From IMG/VR virus record IMGVR_UViG_3300047157_000162, positions 65,538 to 129,537 of that record: a stretch of 64,000 bases of DNA; one strand, 5' to 3'. Position 1 is the stretch's first letter. Every line of letters begins with the position of its first letter. A program made the position numbers and the translations under genes. This stretch comes from a virus. The notes beneath the pieces were generated by a model. That model was not told the DNA's origin, did no database searches, and saw only the letters and a list, made by a program, of their open reading frames with translations. Below are positions 11,101 to 18,872 of this stretch, piece after piece.

Positions 11101-11307
11101 ATGAAACCAAAAAATGTTGAATTTATTGAAGAATTTATAGAAATACTAGGTGGCGACAATTTTTTCCTATGCGACCTGATCGATCAAGATCAACTATTTA
11201 CTATGCAAGGTGAGTTAGCCCAACTAATATGTGATCACGCTAACAACGGAACTTCAGTGGCAAGACATTTAGTACCATTATTACCTAACACATTTAAAGT
11301 AGAATAA
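11101..11307 (+). CDS. Early hypothetical protein
   Basis: ATG at 11101 after P5. Confidence 0.65.
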   Translation: MKPKNVEFIEEFIEILGGDNFFLCDLIDQDQLFTMQGELAQLICDHANNGTSVARHLVPLLPNTFKVE

Positions 11308-11405
11308 TATGAAAGAATATCACGGATTTAATAGCGAACAAGAGTATGAAGAGTATGCACAGTTAATGTGGTTAATAAATAATAATAAAGAACAAGATTG
11401 TAGGT

Positions 11406-11609
11406 ATGAATTTCATGCAAGGTAACGACTACGAATACTTTAAAAAATTGTGGTGCGAAAACAACGAACATTTACTACAATTTTATAGAGAAATGTTATA
11501 TACTTTTCCAATAGAGTGTAATAGTGTGAATACAATAGAATTTATTAACAAGTGTATGTGGGCGTTTCATTCAACCTCAGTGTTATACGATGAATACGGA
11601 AGCAAATAA
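11406..11609 (+). CDS. Early hypothetical protein
   Basis: 67-aa ORF in the early cassette array. Confidence 0.55.
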   Translation: MNFMQGNDYEYFKKLWCENNEHLLQFYREMLYTFPIECNSVNTIEFINKCMWAFHSTSVLYDEYGSK

Positions 11610-11633
11610 GAACTAAAATAAAAAAGTAATACT

Positions 11634-11855
11634 ATGATGACAATGAAAGAAGTGTGTGCATACGTCGCACAAAAGAGAAAAGCGGATGCTATACAACACC
11701 GCAAAACGGTAACCCAGGGTGAATATTGTTCAGGGTTGACAGCGAAAGAATACCGAAAAGTGAAAACTAAAGGTAAAGGATCGGGTAGTAAAGGTAGATC
11801 ATTCTCCCACACTAAATTGTGGAATCACTACAACCAACCAGTGACTACAAACTAA
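11634..11855 (+). CDS. Early basic hypothetical protein
   Basis: 73-aa ORF. Confidence 0.6.
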   Translation: MMTMKEVCAYVAQKRKADAIQHRKTVTQGEYCSGLTAKEYRKVKTKGKGSGSKGRSFSHTKLWNHYNQPVTTN

Positions 11856-11878
11856 ATACGATCACCTATTGATAATAT
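11847..11878 (+). promoter_or_regulatory. Early promoter motif P6
   Basis: ACA-N5-AATACGA-N9-GATAATAT. Confidence 0.8.
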
Positions 11879-12001
11879 ATACGAAATTAAAACAATAATA
11901 ATGAGAAATTTTAAACACAAAGTACTATTTGTACTAAAGCGAGCAAACAGAGTATTAACCGATCTTGGCACCGCAGCGGCCTGGGCAATAAGAAATTAAC
12001 T

Positions 12002-12256
12002 ATGGAATTATGTGAAAATATAACCGTGAACGGTTGGGATTTTGAACTAGTAGAAAACGATGTAGATGATATATTCTACCAATGTAGAGGCGAAGTAATG
12101 TACGACGACGAACACGATGAAATGCCAGAACCAAGTCTTTGGCGAGCAGCACAAAAATTAGTAGATATACTAGTGAATGACGGCTTAAGAGTATACGCTG
12201 GTCACTCTGAAAAGGGCTGGGTAGAAGTAACAATAAATGTAAATAATGGAGCATAG
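12002..12256 (+). CDS. Early acidic hypothetical protein
   Basis: 84 aa, D/E-rich. Confidence 0.7.
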   Translation: MELCENITVNGWDFELVENDVDDIFYQCRGEVMYDDEHDEMPEPSLWRAAQKLVDILVNDGLRVYAGHSEKGWVEVTINVNNGA

Positions 12257-12500
12257 AGGTTATTCATATAAAGAAATTCAAGTAACAAATTGGCGAGATG
12301 TCACGTCAACAATGTACCAATGCAATGACGTTGATCTACTCAAACACACAGATGTAAGCGTGTTTACAAAGTTCACTGAAAAGCGAATGCAAGAAGCGAT
12401 CGACTACTATATAGATAACGTAGAGTACCATAAAAACTTAAAAACATTAACCGAAAAAGCGGTAAAAGATTTTTACAAACTGAATACGATTAAAGATTGA
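12246..12500 (+). CDS. Early hypothetical protein
   Basis: 84 aa, overlaps the upstream stop. Confidence 0.65.
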   Translation: MEHRGYSYKEIQVTNWRDVTSTMYQCNDVDLLKHTDVSVFTKFTEKRMQEAIDYYIDNVEYHKNLKTLTEKAVKDFYKLNTIKD

Positions 12501-12506
12501 TAATAT
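12475..12506 (+). promoter_or_regulatory. Early promoter motif P7
   Basis: ACA-N5-AATACGA-N9-GATAATAT. Confidence 0.8.
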
Positions 12507-12528
12507 ATACGAATCTAAAACTAATATA

Positions 12529-12711
12529 ATGAAAAATACAATTAAATTTATCCACTCAAAACAAATAGTATTAAACGGTAAAGTATATAAACCATATCTT
12601 GTCGGTGAGTTACCATCAACGTTCGGTTTTATCTACAACGAAGATAAAGATCAAGAAGGTATAACTGAGTGGTTCAACTACAAAGGATTAACTTACTTAA
12701 AAAAACAATAA
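12529..12711 (+). CDS. Early hypothetical protein
   Basis: 60 aa after P7. Confidence 0.65.
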   Translation: MKNTIKFIHSKQIVLNGKVYKPYLVGELPSTFGFIYNEDKDQEGITEWFNYKGLTYLKKQ

Positions 12712-12821
12712 TATGAAGTTAGCAGCGGATCTACTACAAGAATTATCAATGTACATCAACCTCAACTATGAAGATGATTGGTACTTACAAGAAAAAGTAA
12801 ATGAATTAAAAACTAGAATAT

Positions 12822-13013
12822 ATGAGCAATAAAAGAAACTTATACGAAATAGCGGAGAGCGTCGCTGACATAACTCTCGAACTAATGGAAGACAGTATTG
12901 ACTGGCAACTAGGCGATTATCCCGCCGACGGTGACGACTACAATGCTATACACCAACAAGTAATGCAACGTGCGATCGAAATAATGTACAAACAAAACAC
13001 GATCACCCAATGA
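12822..13013 (+). CDS. Early acidic hypothetical protein
   Basis: 63 aa. Confidence 0.65.
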   Translation: MSNKRNLYEIAESVADITLELMEDSIDWQLGDYPADGDDYNAIHQQVMQRAIEIMYKQNTITQ

Positions 13014-13019
13014 TAATAT
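12988..13019 (+). promoter_or_regulatory. Early promoter motif P8
   Basis: ACA-N5-AACACGA-N9-GATAATAT. Confidence 0.8.
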
Positions 13020-13030
13020 AAATGTAATAC

Positions 13031-13100
13031 GGAAGCAAACATCGGTGGACCGGCCGGTATATCTAATGATGAAAATGAGTTAGACGCCGATCACGCTTCC
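13031..13100 (+). ncRNA. Candidate structured small RNA (three-way junction)
   Basis: Nested stems GGAAGC/GCTTCC, ATCGGTG/CGCCGAT and TCTAA/TTAGA plus palindrome ACCGGCCGGT; lies between P8 and the tRNA. Confidence 0.45.
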
Positions 13101-13114
13101 TTATAAAACTAAAT

Positions 13115-13188
13115 GGCGCGGTGGAGAAGTTGGTTATCTCGCGAGTCTCATAAACTCGAGGTCGAAGGTTCGAATCCTTCCTGCGCAC
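13115..13188 (+). tRNA. tRNA-Met (CAT), initiator-like
   Basis: Acceptor GGCGCGG/CTGCGCA, D stem GAGA/TCTC, anticodon arm CGAGT-CTCATAA-ACTCG, T arm GAAGG-TTCGAAT-CCTTC. Confidence 0.9.
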
Positions 13189-13209
13189 CTAATTTAAAAT
13201 TAAATAAAA

Positions 13210-13412
13210 TGAGTAAAACAAAATTTAACGGATTTGAAAAGTATTTCATCCAAACAGCGTTGAGACACGCTATCGAAGAAGCAGAAACAGATGTACTAGC
13301 TACTGAATCTGAAGGTAAAAGATCATATATGCACCCGGTTATTTCACCTATGGTAGGTAATGAGATCATTGATAAAGTAAATAGTATGACACTTAAAAAA
13401 TACCAAGATTAA
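13210..13412 (+). CDS. Early hypothetical protein
   Basis: ATG at 13210 (MSKTKF..); the upstream extension of the ORF call overlaps the tRNA. Confidence 0.65.
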
Positions 13413-13414
13413 TT

Positions 13415-13446
13415 ACAAACTAAACACGACTACCGATCGATAATAT
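13415..13446 (+). promoter_or_regulatory. Early promoter motif P9
   Basis: ACA-N5-AACACGA-N9-GATAATAT. Confidence 0.8.
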
Positions 13447-13470
13447 ATATGAATTTAAAATACAAATAAC

Positions 13471-13704
13471 ATGAGCAATTTACTACAATCAATTAAACCT
13501 AAGTACATTAAACTTATTAATCAAAGTGATTACAAGTTTACGTCAACAAGAATTATTGCTAAACTAGAAAGCAGTAAGTTTTACGGTGAGCTAACTATAA
13601 GCGAGATCAGAGATATCTACGATATGTGTAATATAAATGCACTCAGAGTATCAGCGTGGGACTACAGGTTTGGCGATAACATTTTAATAGATAGCGATGA
13701 CTAA
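13471..13704 (+). CDS. Early hypothetical protein
   Basis: 77 aa after P9. Confidence 0.65.
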   Translation: MSNLLQSIKPKYIKLINQSDYKFTSTRIIAKLESSKFYGELTISEIRDIYDMCNINALRVSAWDYRFGDNILIDSDD

Positions 13705-13912
13705 ACAAGAACTACAACAACGAGCAAGCGACAAAGCTTTCGCTAAAATGTCTATGCTCTTGATTACGATCGAGCAAAACAAAGAAGATATACGTACAGG
13801 TAACTACGGAGGTGTTACATCACACGAGATGGATATAGTATTAAACAGTAATAAAATAGAATTAAAGGTGTGGCAATACATCACTAAATTAATAGAAACA
13901 GATGAAGAATAA
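13697..13912 (+). CDS. Early hypothetical protein
   Basis: 71 aa, overlaps its neighbours. Confidence 0.65.
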   Translation: MTKQELQQRASDKAFAKMSMLLITIEQNKEDIRTGNYGGVTSHEMDIVLNSNKIELKVWQYITKLIETDEE

Positions 13913-14561
13913 ATATATAACCGATGAGTTAATAACTCAGAGAATGTCCGAGAAAGGTTGGATCGAAGGATGCGACGACGAGCATGCTAGAAACCAAGTA
14001 CTTGCACACTATGATTGTGAAATAACAGATCAATGGCAAAACCCTGACTTCAGTATATATGAAGAGTCAACCGCTGATGGTTACTCTGTATGGATAGCGA
14101 CAGATGATGACAAGCATATAAACGTAAGTGAAGATGTTTATTATTACGAGAACGAGCTAACAGATGTTGTTTATGATGCTATACATGACTACAATAATAT
14201 ATACTGTGATAACTATGACTTTATTGAAGATGCTATCACTAGGCACTACGAAGATCTATTATGTAAAATGGAAGACGAAATTATAGATGAGTTACTTAAT
14301 GAAGGTTATAACCATAAAATAGTTAACCCTATAAACACGCTACAATATATAGAAATGATCTCTCAAGATTGTAGTTTTTTAGACGGTAGCTCAAGAGCTA
14401 TAAATCTAACAGTAGATGAAGACTATAGGTACTTAAACTATGCTAGTCAAATAATTAAAGACAGAGCCAGGTATGAGATTGTAGCTAATCATTATGGTCT
14501 AACTATCGAAAGAGCTGTTAAAGGTGAAGTAATATTTAAAGAATTAAAAAATGAAAACTAA
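13902..14561 (+). CDS. Early strongly acidic hypothetical protein
   Basis: 219 aa, D/E/Y-rich. Confidence 0.75.
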   Translation: MKNKYITDELITQRMSEKGWIEGCDDEHARNQVLAHYDCEITDQWQNPDFSIYEESTADGYSVWIATDDDKHINVSEDVYYYENELTDVVYDAIHDYNNIYCDNYDFIEDAITRHYEDLLCKMEDEIIDELLNEGYNHKIVNPINTLQYIEMISQDCSFLDGSSRAINLTVDEDYRYLNYASQIIKDRARYEIVANHYGLTIERAVKGEVIFKELKNEN

Positions 14562-14814
14562 AAAACAAACAGTACCTAAATGGTTTAAAGGAACCATATA
14601 TGGTGAAGGTGAAACAGTAACCAATCCGTTCAGTGGCGAATGCTATACACTCAACGGCCTCGAGCTCTCAATGTACGATTATATTATGGGTAGCCAATAT
14701 ATATTTGAAGTAGCACCTAAAACAGTTACACCTAAACAAGTTAGCGAGTTTCAAAAAGCGTTGAACTGGTTTCGTAAAAATAATGTTGAAGCATATATGG
14801 TGTTGCTTGATTAA
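14551..14814 (+). CDS. Early hypothetical protein
   Basis: 87 aa. Confidence 0.7.
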   Translation: MKTKKQTVPKWFKGTIYGEGETVTNPFSGECYTLNGLELSMYDYIMGSQYIFEVAPKTVTPKQVSEFQKALNWFRKNNVEAYMVLLD

Positions 14815-14815
14815 T

Positions 14816-14847
14816 ACAAACTAAACACGATCGCTGATCGATAATAT
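14816..14847 (+). promoter_or_regulatory. Early promoter motif P10
   Basis: ACA-N5-AACACGA-N9-GATAATAT. Confidence 0.8.
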
Positions 14848-14861
14848 AATAAACAAAAACT

Positions 14862-15467
14862 ATGAACTTATTAACACAAAATACTAAACTTAAAAAAACA
14901 TCAAAAGAACTCGGGCTCCGGGTCTTTAACTTCGGTATTCCTGCCTACAAATCTGCTAGCGGGAAACTGACGTGCCCAATGGCTGACAGTTGTGTTAAAT
15001 TCTGTTATGCCAAGAAAGGAGCCTACATCTGGAGTAACGTAAAACCTGCGTTTGAAAAGCGTTATCAACTCAGCAAGACTGACATGTTTGTTGATGCTAT
15101 GAACGCTGAAATACGTAAGAAGAAACCTGATTACGTCAGAGTCCATGATAGCGGCGATTATTATTCTCGCGCATATCTAAAAAAGTGGATCGACATTGCT
15201 AATAGCAATCCTAACGTACGGTTTTACAGTTACACCAATATGATTGATATGATGTTAAAAACCTCATTACCAAGTAATTACGATATAATATTCAGTGACT
15301 CTGGAAAACAAAAACATTTAATAGATGAGACAAAACATAGACACACTAAAATTTTCTCAAGCCATGCTGATCTTGATAGGGCTTCGTATACTGATGCCAG
15401 CTCTATTGATTTAATGGCAACTAAGTGGTTCAATAAAACAAATAAAGTAGGATTAGTATTTCATTAA
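14862..15467 (+). CDS. Phage Gp88-like protein (Cys cluster, radical-SAM-like)
   Basis: N.KL.K; TCPMADSCVKFCYA (Cx5Cx3C); VRVHDSGDYY; FYSYT. Confidence 0.7.
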   Translation: MNLLTQNTKLKKTSKELGLRVFNFGIPAYKSASGKLTCPMADSCVKFCYAKKGAYIWSNVKPAFEKRYQLSKTDMFVDAMNAEIRKKKPDYVRVHDSGDYYSRAYLKKWIDIANSNPNVRFYSYTNMIDMMLKTSLPSNYDIIFSDSGKQKHLIDETKHRHTKIFSSHADLDRASYTDASSIDLMATKWFNKTNKVGLVFH

Positions 15468-15538
15468 TGATAGCAATAATAATATGGATAATAGCGTATC
15501 TTTTATGTTTAACAATACTATTATACATAGAAGATATT

Positions 15539-15570
15539 ACAGACTGAACACGATCAAACAAAGATAATAT
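15539..15570 (+). promoter_or_regulatory. Early promoter motif P11
   Basis: ACA-N5-AACACGA-N9-GATAATAT. Confidence 0.8.
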
Positions 15571-15592
15571 AATAAACAAAAACAAAAAACTT

Positions 15593-15814
15593 ATGAACAA
15601 TTTTGAAAAATTTAGATCTGACAATTCGTCAACAATTTCAACAGGTAGATATTATACCGAAAACAAAACGCTTGTATTAATATACGAAAACGGTGGTGTA
15701 TACGAGTACGAAGACGTACCATTATTTTATTGGCGTGGATTAATGAACGCTGAATCTAAAGGTAAATTTATTAACACTAACATTAAAAGATTATTTAAAT
15801 TCACTAAAAGATAA
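15593..15814 (+). CDS. KTSC domain protein
   Basis: SSTI...Y.....L.LIYENGGVYEYEDVP...LMNAESKGKFIN. Confidence 0.85.
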   Translation: MNNFEKFRSDNSSTISTGRYYTENKTLVLIYENGGVYEYEDVPLFYWRGLMNAESKGKFINTNIKRLFKFTKR

Positions 15815-15817
15815 TAA

Positions 15818-16102
15818 ATGACAGAGAAAGATATTACTAAAATAGCCGAGCTAACTGCTAAAATTATTATAGATCATTTAGAAGCAAAGCAAGACGAATG
15901 GAATCAAGACTTCCAAGTATCAATGGAGAATATTAAACAAGACGGCTTTGGTAATATGCGTATGATGTCTGAGCAAGAAATAATACACATGCAGATAGAC
16001 GAACTACAGCAAGAGTTAGACAAAGCAGTTGAGGATGAAAACTTCACATTAGCTAGTAAAATAAATAATAAAATTATTAACCTAAATAAAAAATTAAAGT
16101 AA
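15818..16102 (+). CDS. Protein with C-terminal UVR (UvrB/UvrC-type) coiled-coil motif
   Basis: IDELQQELDKAVEDENFTLASKINNKI. Confidence 0.65.
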   Translation: MTEKDITKIAELTAKIIIDHLEAKQDEWNQDFQVSMENIKQDGFGNMRMMSEQEIIHMQIDELQQELDKAVEDENFTLASKINNKIINLNKKLK

Positions 16103-16596
16103 TGAATATATTTTATCTATCTCACGATCCTGTGCAAGCAGCTAAGTATCAATACAATAAACACGTTGTAAAAATGATACTTGAAACCGCACAACTATTA
16201 TGTACAGCTCATCACGAGTTAGGTACTAATATTGATATACCATATAAAGCTACGCATAAAAACCATCCGTCAGCTATATGGGTTAGATCCTCTGCCGAAG
16301 CATATATGTGGGCATACGAACATATGTTAGCTCTTGGTAAAGAATATACAAAACGTTACGGTAAAGAACATCTTACAATCGCTAAATGCCGCGATGTGCT
16401 ATACACTTTGCCTAACGGTATATCTGATAAAGCTTTCGAGCAGCCACCGCAATGTATGCCTGACGAATATAAAGTCAACGGCAATAGCGTACTTGGCTAC
16501 TGGAATTATTATGAAAACGAAAAACACACAGTAAAAAACAAAAATGAGCAGAAAATTATACGTCCACACAACATCAACGAATTATGCGAACATTAA
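16102..16596 (+). CDS. Pyrimidine-dimer DNA glycosylase / endonuclease V-like protein
   Basis: MNIFYL..DP..AA....NKHVVKMILETAQLLCTAH; YKATHKNHPSAIWVR; EYTKRYGKEH; PPQCMPDEYK. Confidence 0.75.
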   Translation: MNIFYLSHDPVQAAKYQYNKHVVKMILETAQLLCTAHHELGTNIDIPYKATHKNHPSAIWVRSSAEAYMWAYEHMLALGKEYTKRYGKEHLTIAKCRDVLYTLPNGISDKAFEQPPQCMPDEYKVNGNSVLGYWNYYENEKHTVKNKNEQKIIRPHNINELCEH

Positions 16597-16805
16597 TACA
16601 AAAATTCAAAAAGAACAGAAGAAAAGCAAAACACGTGAAGTTTCTTCACTTAAAGATAGCAGAGCTACACGGTGAAATAATTGCTGAATCTTTTAAAGGT
16701 GAATTTCAATTTAATAAAGGTATAACTGTTATATACAGTAATGTAGAAAATAAAGCAAAGCTTTTAAAAAAGTATAACAGAAGATTAAAATTAATAGTGT
16801 ACTAG
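16584..16805 (+). CDS. Basic hypothetical protein
   Basis: 73 aa. Confidence 0.55.
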   Translation: MRTLIQKFKKNRRKAKHVKFLHLKIAELHGEIIAESFKGEFQFNKGITVIYSNVENKAKLLKKYNRRLKLIVY

Positions 16806-16806
16806 T

Positions 16807-16850
16807 GTGACGATAGCTAGTATATAATAATAGTAAGAGGCTAATGTCAC
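16807..16850. promoter_or_regulatory. Palindromic site O3 (inverted relative to O1), overlapping ATG 16844
   Basis: GTGACGATAGC-N22-GCTAATGTCAC; the reverse-complemented spacer resembles the O1 spacer. Confidence 0.7.
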
Positions 16851-17464
16851 AGTACGAAAGAAATACAAGATATTTAGAGTTGCATCGTATAATATACAGA
16901 CGTGATCCAGTAAATGATTTACCTACAGAAACTTTTGATTGGGGTAAGTTTTATGAAAATGGAACGCATGAATGTTATACTTTGTTTAACTCTAAAGCTA
17001 AAATAAATACATATAAGAGCCTTAAGTGGCATATGTATGTATTATGGTACTTGAATCCACAATTGGATCAAGACTCGTTTAGCGCATTGATTGAGTATAT
17101 ATGTGACAAAACTAAAGGCTTCGTAACATTTAATGTATCTGAGCAACTATTACAAACTATGTTATACGATGTTTCACTTATGGATTTGGAAAAACCACCT
17201 CCTAATAAACTACGTAAGATAATATTTAAAGATAGTTCAGGTTTGGATATGCGACAAAAGCTTACTATAGTAGGTCAAATGATAGGTAGAAACAAAATTT
17301 CATCAAGTGAAATATATGACGCTATGCTATTAATAAACCATGACAATCAAAAAATAACTATAAGTAAGTTAGCTGAGTCTTTAAATTGTTCTACAAGAAC
17401 TATACACAGAAATATGAATAATGAACTTAAAAAAGAAAAATCACTTTTAAATAAAGAATTTTAA
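16844..17464 (+). CDS. DNA-binding protein with C-terminal HTH (candidate replication initiator or regulator)
   Basis: ITISKLAESLNCSTRTIHRNM HTH; helical middle region. Confidence 0.65.
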   Translation: MSQYERNTRYLELHRIIYRRDPVNDLPTETFDWGKFYENGTHECYTLFNSKAKINTYKSLKWHMYVLWYLNPQLDQDSFSALIEYICDKTKGFVTFNVSEQLLQTMLYDVSLMDLEKPPPNKLRKIIFKDSSGLDMRQKLTIVGQMIGRNKISSSEIYDAMLLINHDNQKITISKLAESLNCSTRTIHRNMNNELKKEKSLLNKEF

Positions 17465-17468
17465 AATT

Positions 17469-17500
17469 ACAGAACGGACACGATGAGTGCACGATAATAT
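17469..17500 (+). promoter_or_regulatory. Early promoter motif P12 (upstream of sigma gene)
   Basis: ACA-N5-GACACGA-N9-GATAATAT. Confidence 0.75.
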
Positions 17501-17507
17501 ATATGAT

Positions 17508-18266
17508 ATGAAAAAATACAATATACAAAACTATATAAGGTATAAAGAAGATCTAAAAAGATCTATGCCTGAAGGTTTGTTTTGGGATGAATATACAAGA
17601 GATCAACTTATAGTAAAGTTTATACCATTAGTTGAGAACTTAGCTAGAAAGTTTTCTACATCTGATCAAGCATCAGGTGTATTAAGCATCAACGATCTGA
17701 TACAATGCGGTTGTGAAGGATTAGTTAAGGCTGTTGACCGATTAGACTGGACTGTTTTACACGAGTCTGAGGACGTTGAAAAAACATTGAAGTCATTCTT
17801 AAGCAAACGAATCAAAGGAGCTATTAGAAGACGTATAGATATATGTAGGGGTAACATTAGAATACCAGAACATAAGCTAAACGAAATACGTAAAAATCCT
17901 GATGATAAAAAAGCGGTTGCTTTGTTTTTCAATTCAGTGTTTTTAAGTATAGACACGGCTAGAAGCGATGAAGATGAAGGTGAATCTTGGAGTGAATCAA
18001 TACCTGATAAGTCTGAACCTTATAACATTCACTTAATGAATGCTTACTTGAAAAGTCTAATGAAAAAACATTTAGACGCAAGAGAGTATGAAGTATTGAG
18101 GCTGTCTTATGGTTTAGATTGTGATAAGCACTCAGCAAAAGAGATTGCAGAGATATTAGATATCAAAGGTAAGCGCTATTATGTGACTGTTTCAGAGTTA
18201 AAAAAGCAAGCAGTGCAAACGCTAATAGATAACGTAGATCACTCGCAAGTGCTTGATTACCTTTAA
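17508..18266 (+). CDS. Phage sigma70-family RNA polymerase sigma factor
   Basis: Region 2 FIPLVENLARKF..DLIQCGCEGLVKAVDRLD..RIKGAIRR; IRIPEH; region 4 LDAREYEVLRLSYGL..KEIAEIL. ATG 17508 preferred over GTG 17487, which lies inside P12. Confidence 0.9.
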   Translation: MKKYNIQNYIRYKEDLKRSMPEGLFWDEYTRDQLIVKFIPLVENLARKFSTSDQASGVLSINDLIQCGCEGLVKAVDRLDWTVLHESEDVEKTLKSFLSKRIKGAIRRRIDICRGNIRIPEHKLNEIRKNPDDKKAVALFFNSVFLSIDTARSDEDEGESWSESIPDKSEPYNIHLMNAYLKSLMKKHLDAREYEVLRLSYGLDCDKHSAKEIAEILDIKGKRYYVTVSELKKQAVQTLIDNVDHSQVLDYL

Positions 18267-18285
18267 TTTAAGTCAATAGAGTAAA

Positions 18286-18313
18286 GTAAAAAGAATACTA
18301 AATACGTAATTAT
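18286..18313 (+). promoter_or_regulatory. Class-II promoter-like motif
   Basis: GTAAAA...AATACGTAATTAT upstream of ATG 18320. Confidence 0.5.
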
Positions 18314-18319
18314 ATTAAT

Positions 18320-18871
18320 ATGGAAACACAAACATTAAACCAAAAACTAGCGTCAATTCAAACGCGGTTTAAATCAAAAAAGAGTAGGTTCAATTCTTTT
18401 GGTAGATACAATTTCAGATCTGCTGAAGATATATTAGAAGCTACTAAACCTTTTTTATTAGAATTAGGTGTATCAGTAACGGTTAATGAATCGTTAATAG
18501 CTACCGATCCTTTTCCAATAATGGAATCGAAAGCTACGATAACAGACGGAACTGATGCTATACATGCAACTGCTGTAGTCGGCGTTGACCTTGATCAAAA
18601 AGGTATGCAAATGCCTCAAAAATTCGGTAGCTCATCCAGTTATGGAAAAAAATACTCATTAGGTAATTTATTCTTAATTGATGATACAGCAGACAGCGAT
18701 GCTACAAATGCACACGGTAAAGCACCAAAAGCAAAAAACACATTAACCTCAGAAAAAGATCCAGCTTATCCAAAAGCGGTTGAGTTTATTAAAAAAGGAG
18801 GTAAGTTAGATGCTATAAAAGCTAAATACAATATCTCTAAAGAGATAGAAACAAAATTAACAACACTATAG
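18320..18871 (+). CDS. erf: ERF-family single-strand annealing protein
   Basis: KKSRFNSFGRYNFRSAEDILEA; QKFGSSSSYGKKYSLGNLFLIDDTADSD. Confidence 0.85.
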   Translation: METQTLNQKLASIQTRFKSKKSRFNSFGRYNFRSAEDILEATKPFLLELGVSVTVNESLIATDPFPIMESKATITDGTDAIHATAVVGVDLDQKGMQMPQKFGSSSSYGKKYSLGNLFLIDDTADSDATNAHGKAPKAKNTLTSEKDPAYPKAVEFIKKGGKLDAIKAKYNISKEIETKLTTL

Positions 18872-18872
18872 T

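Noticed and set aside
9618-17500. Repeated motif as a CRISPR array or attC-like sites
   Set aside because: Spacing is irregular (84 bp to ~1.9 kb), the motif is not palindromic and has variable internal spacers, and there is no cas or integrase gene.
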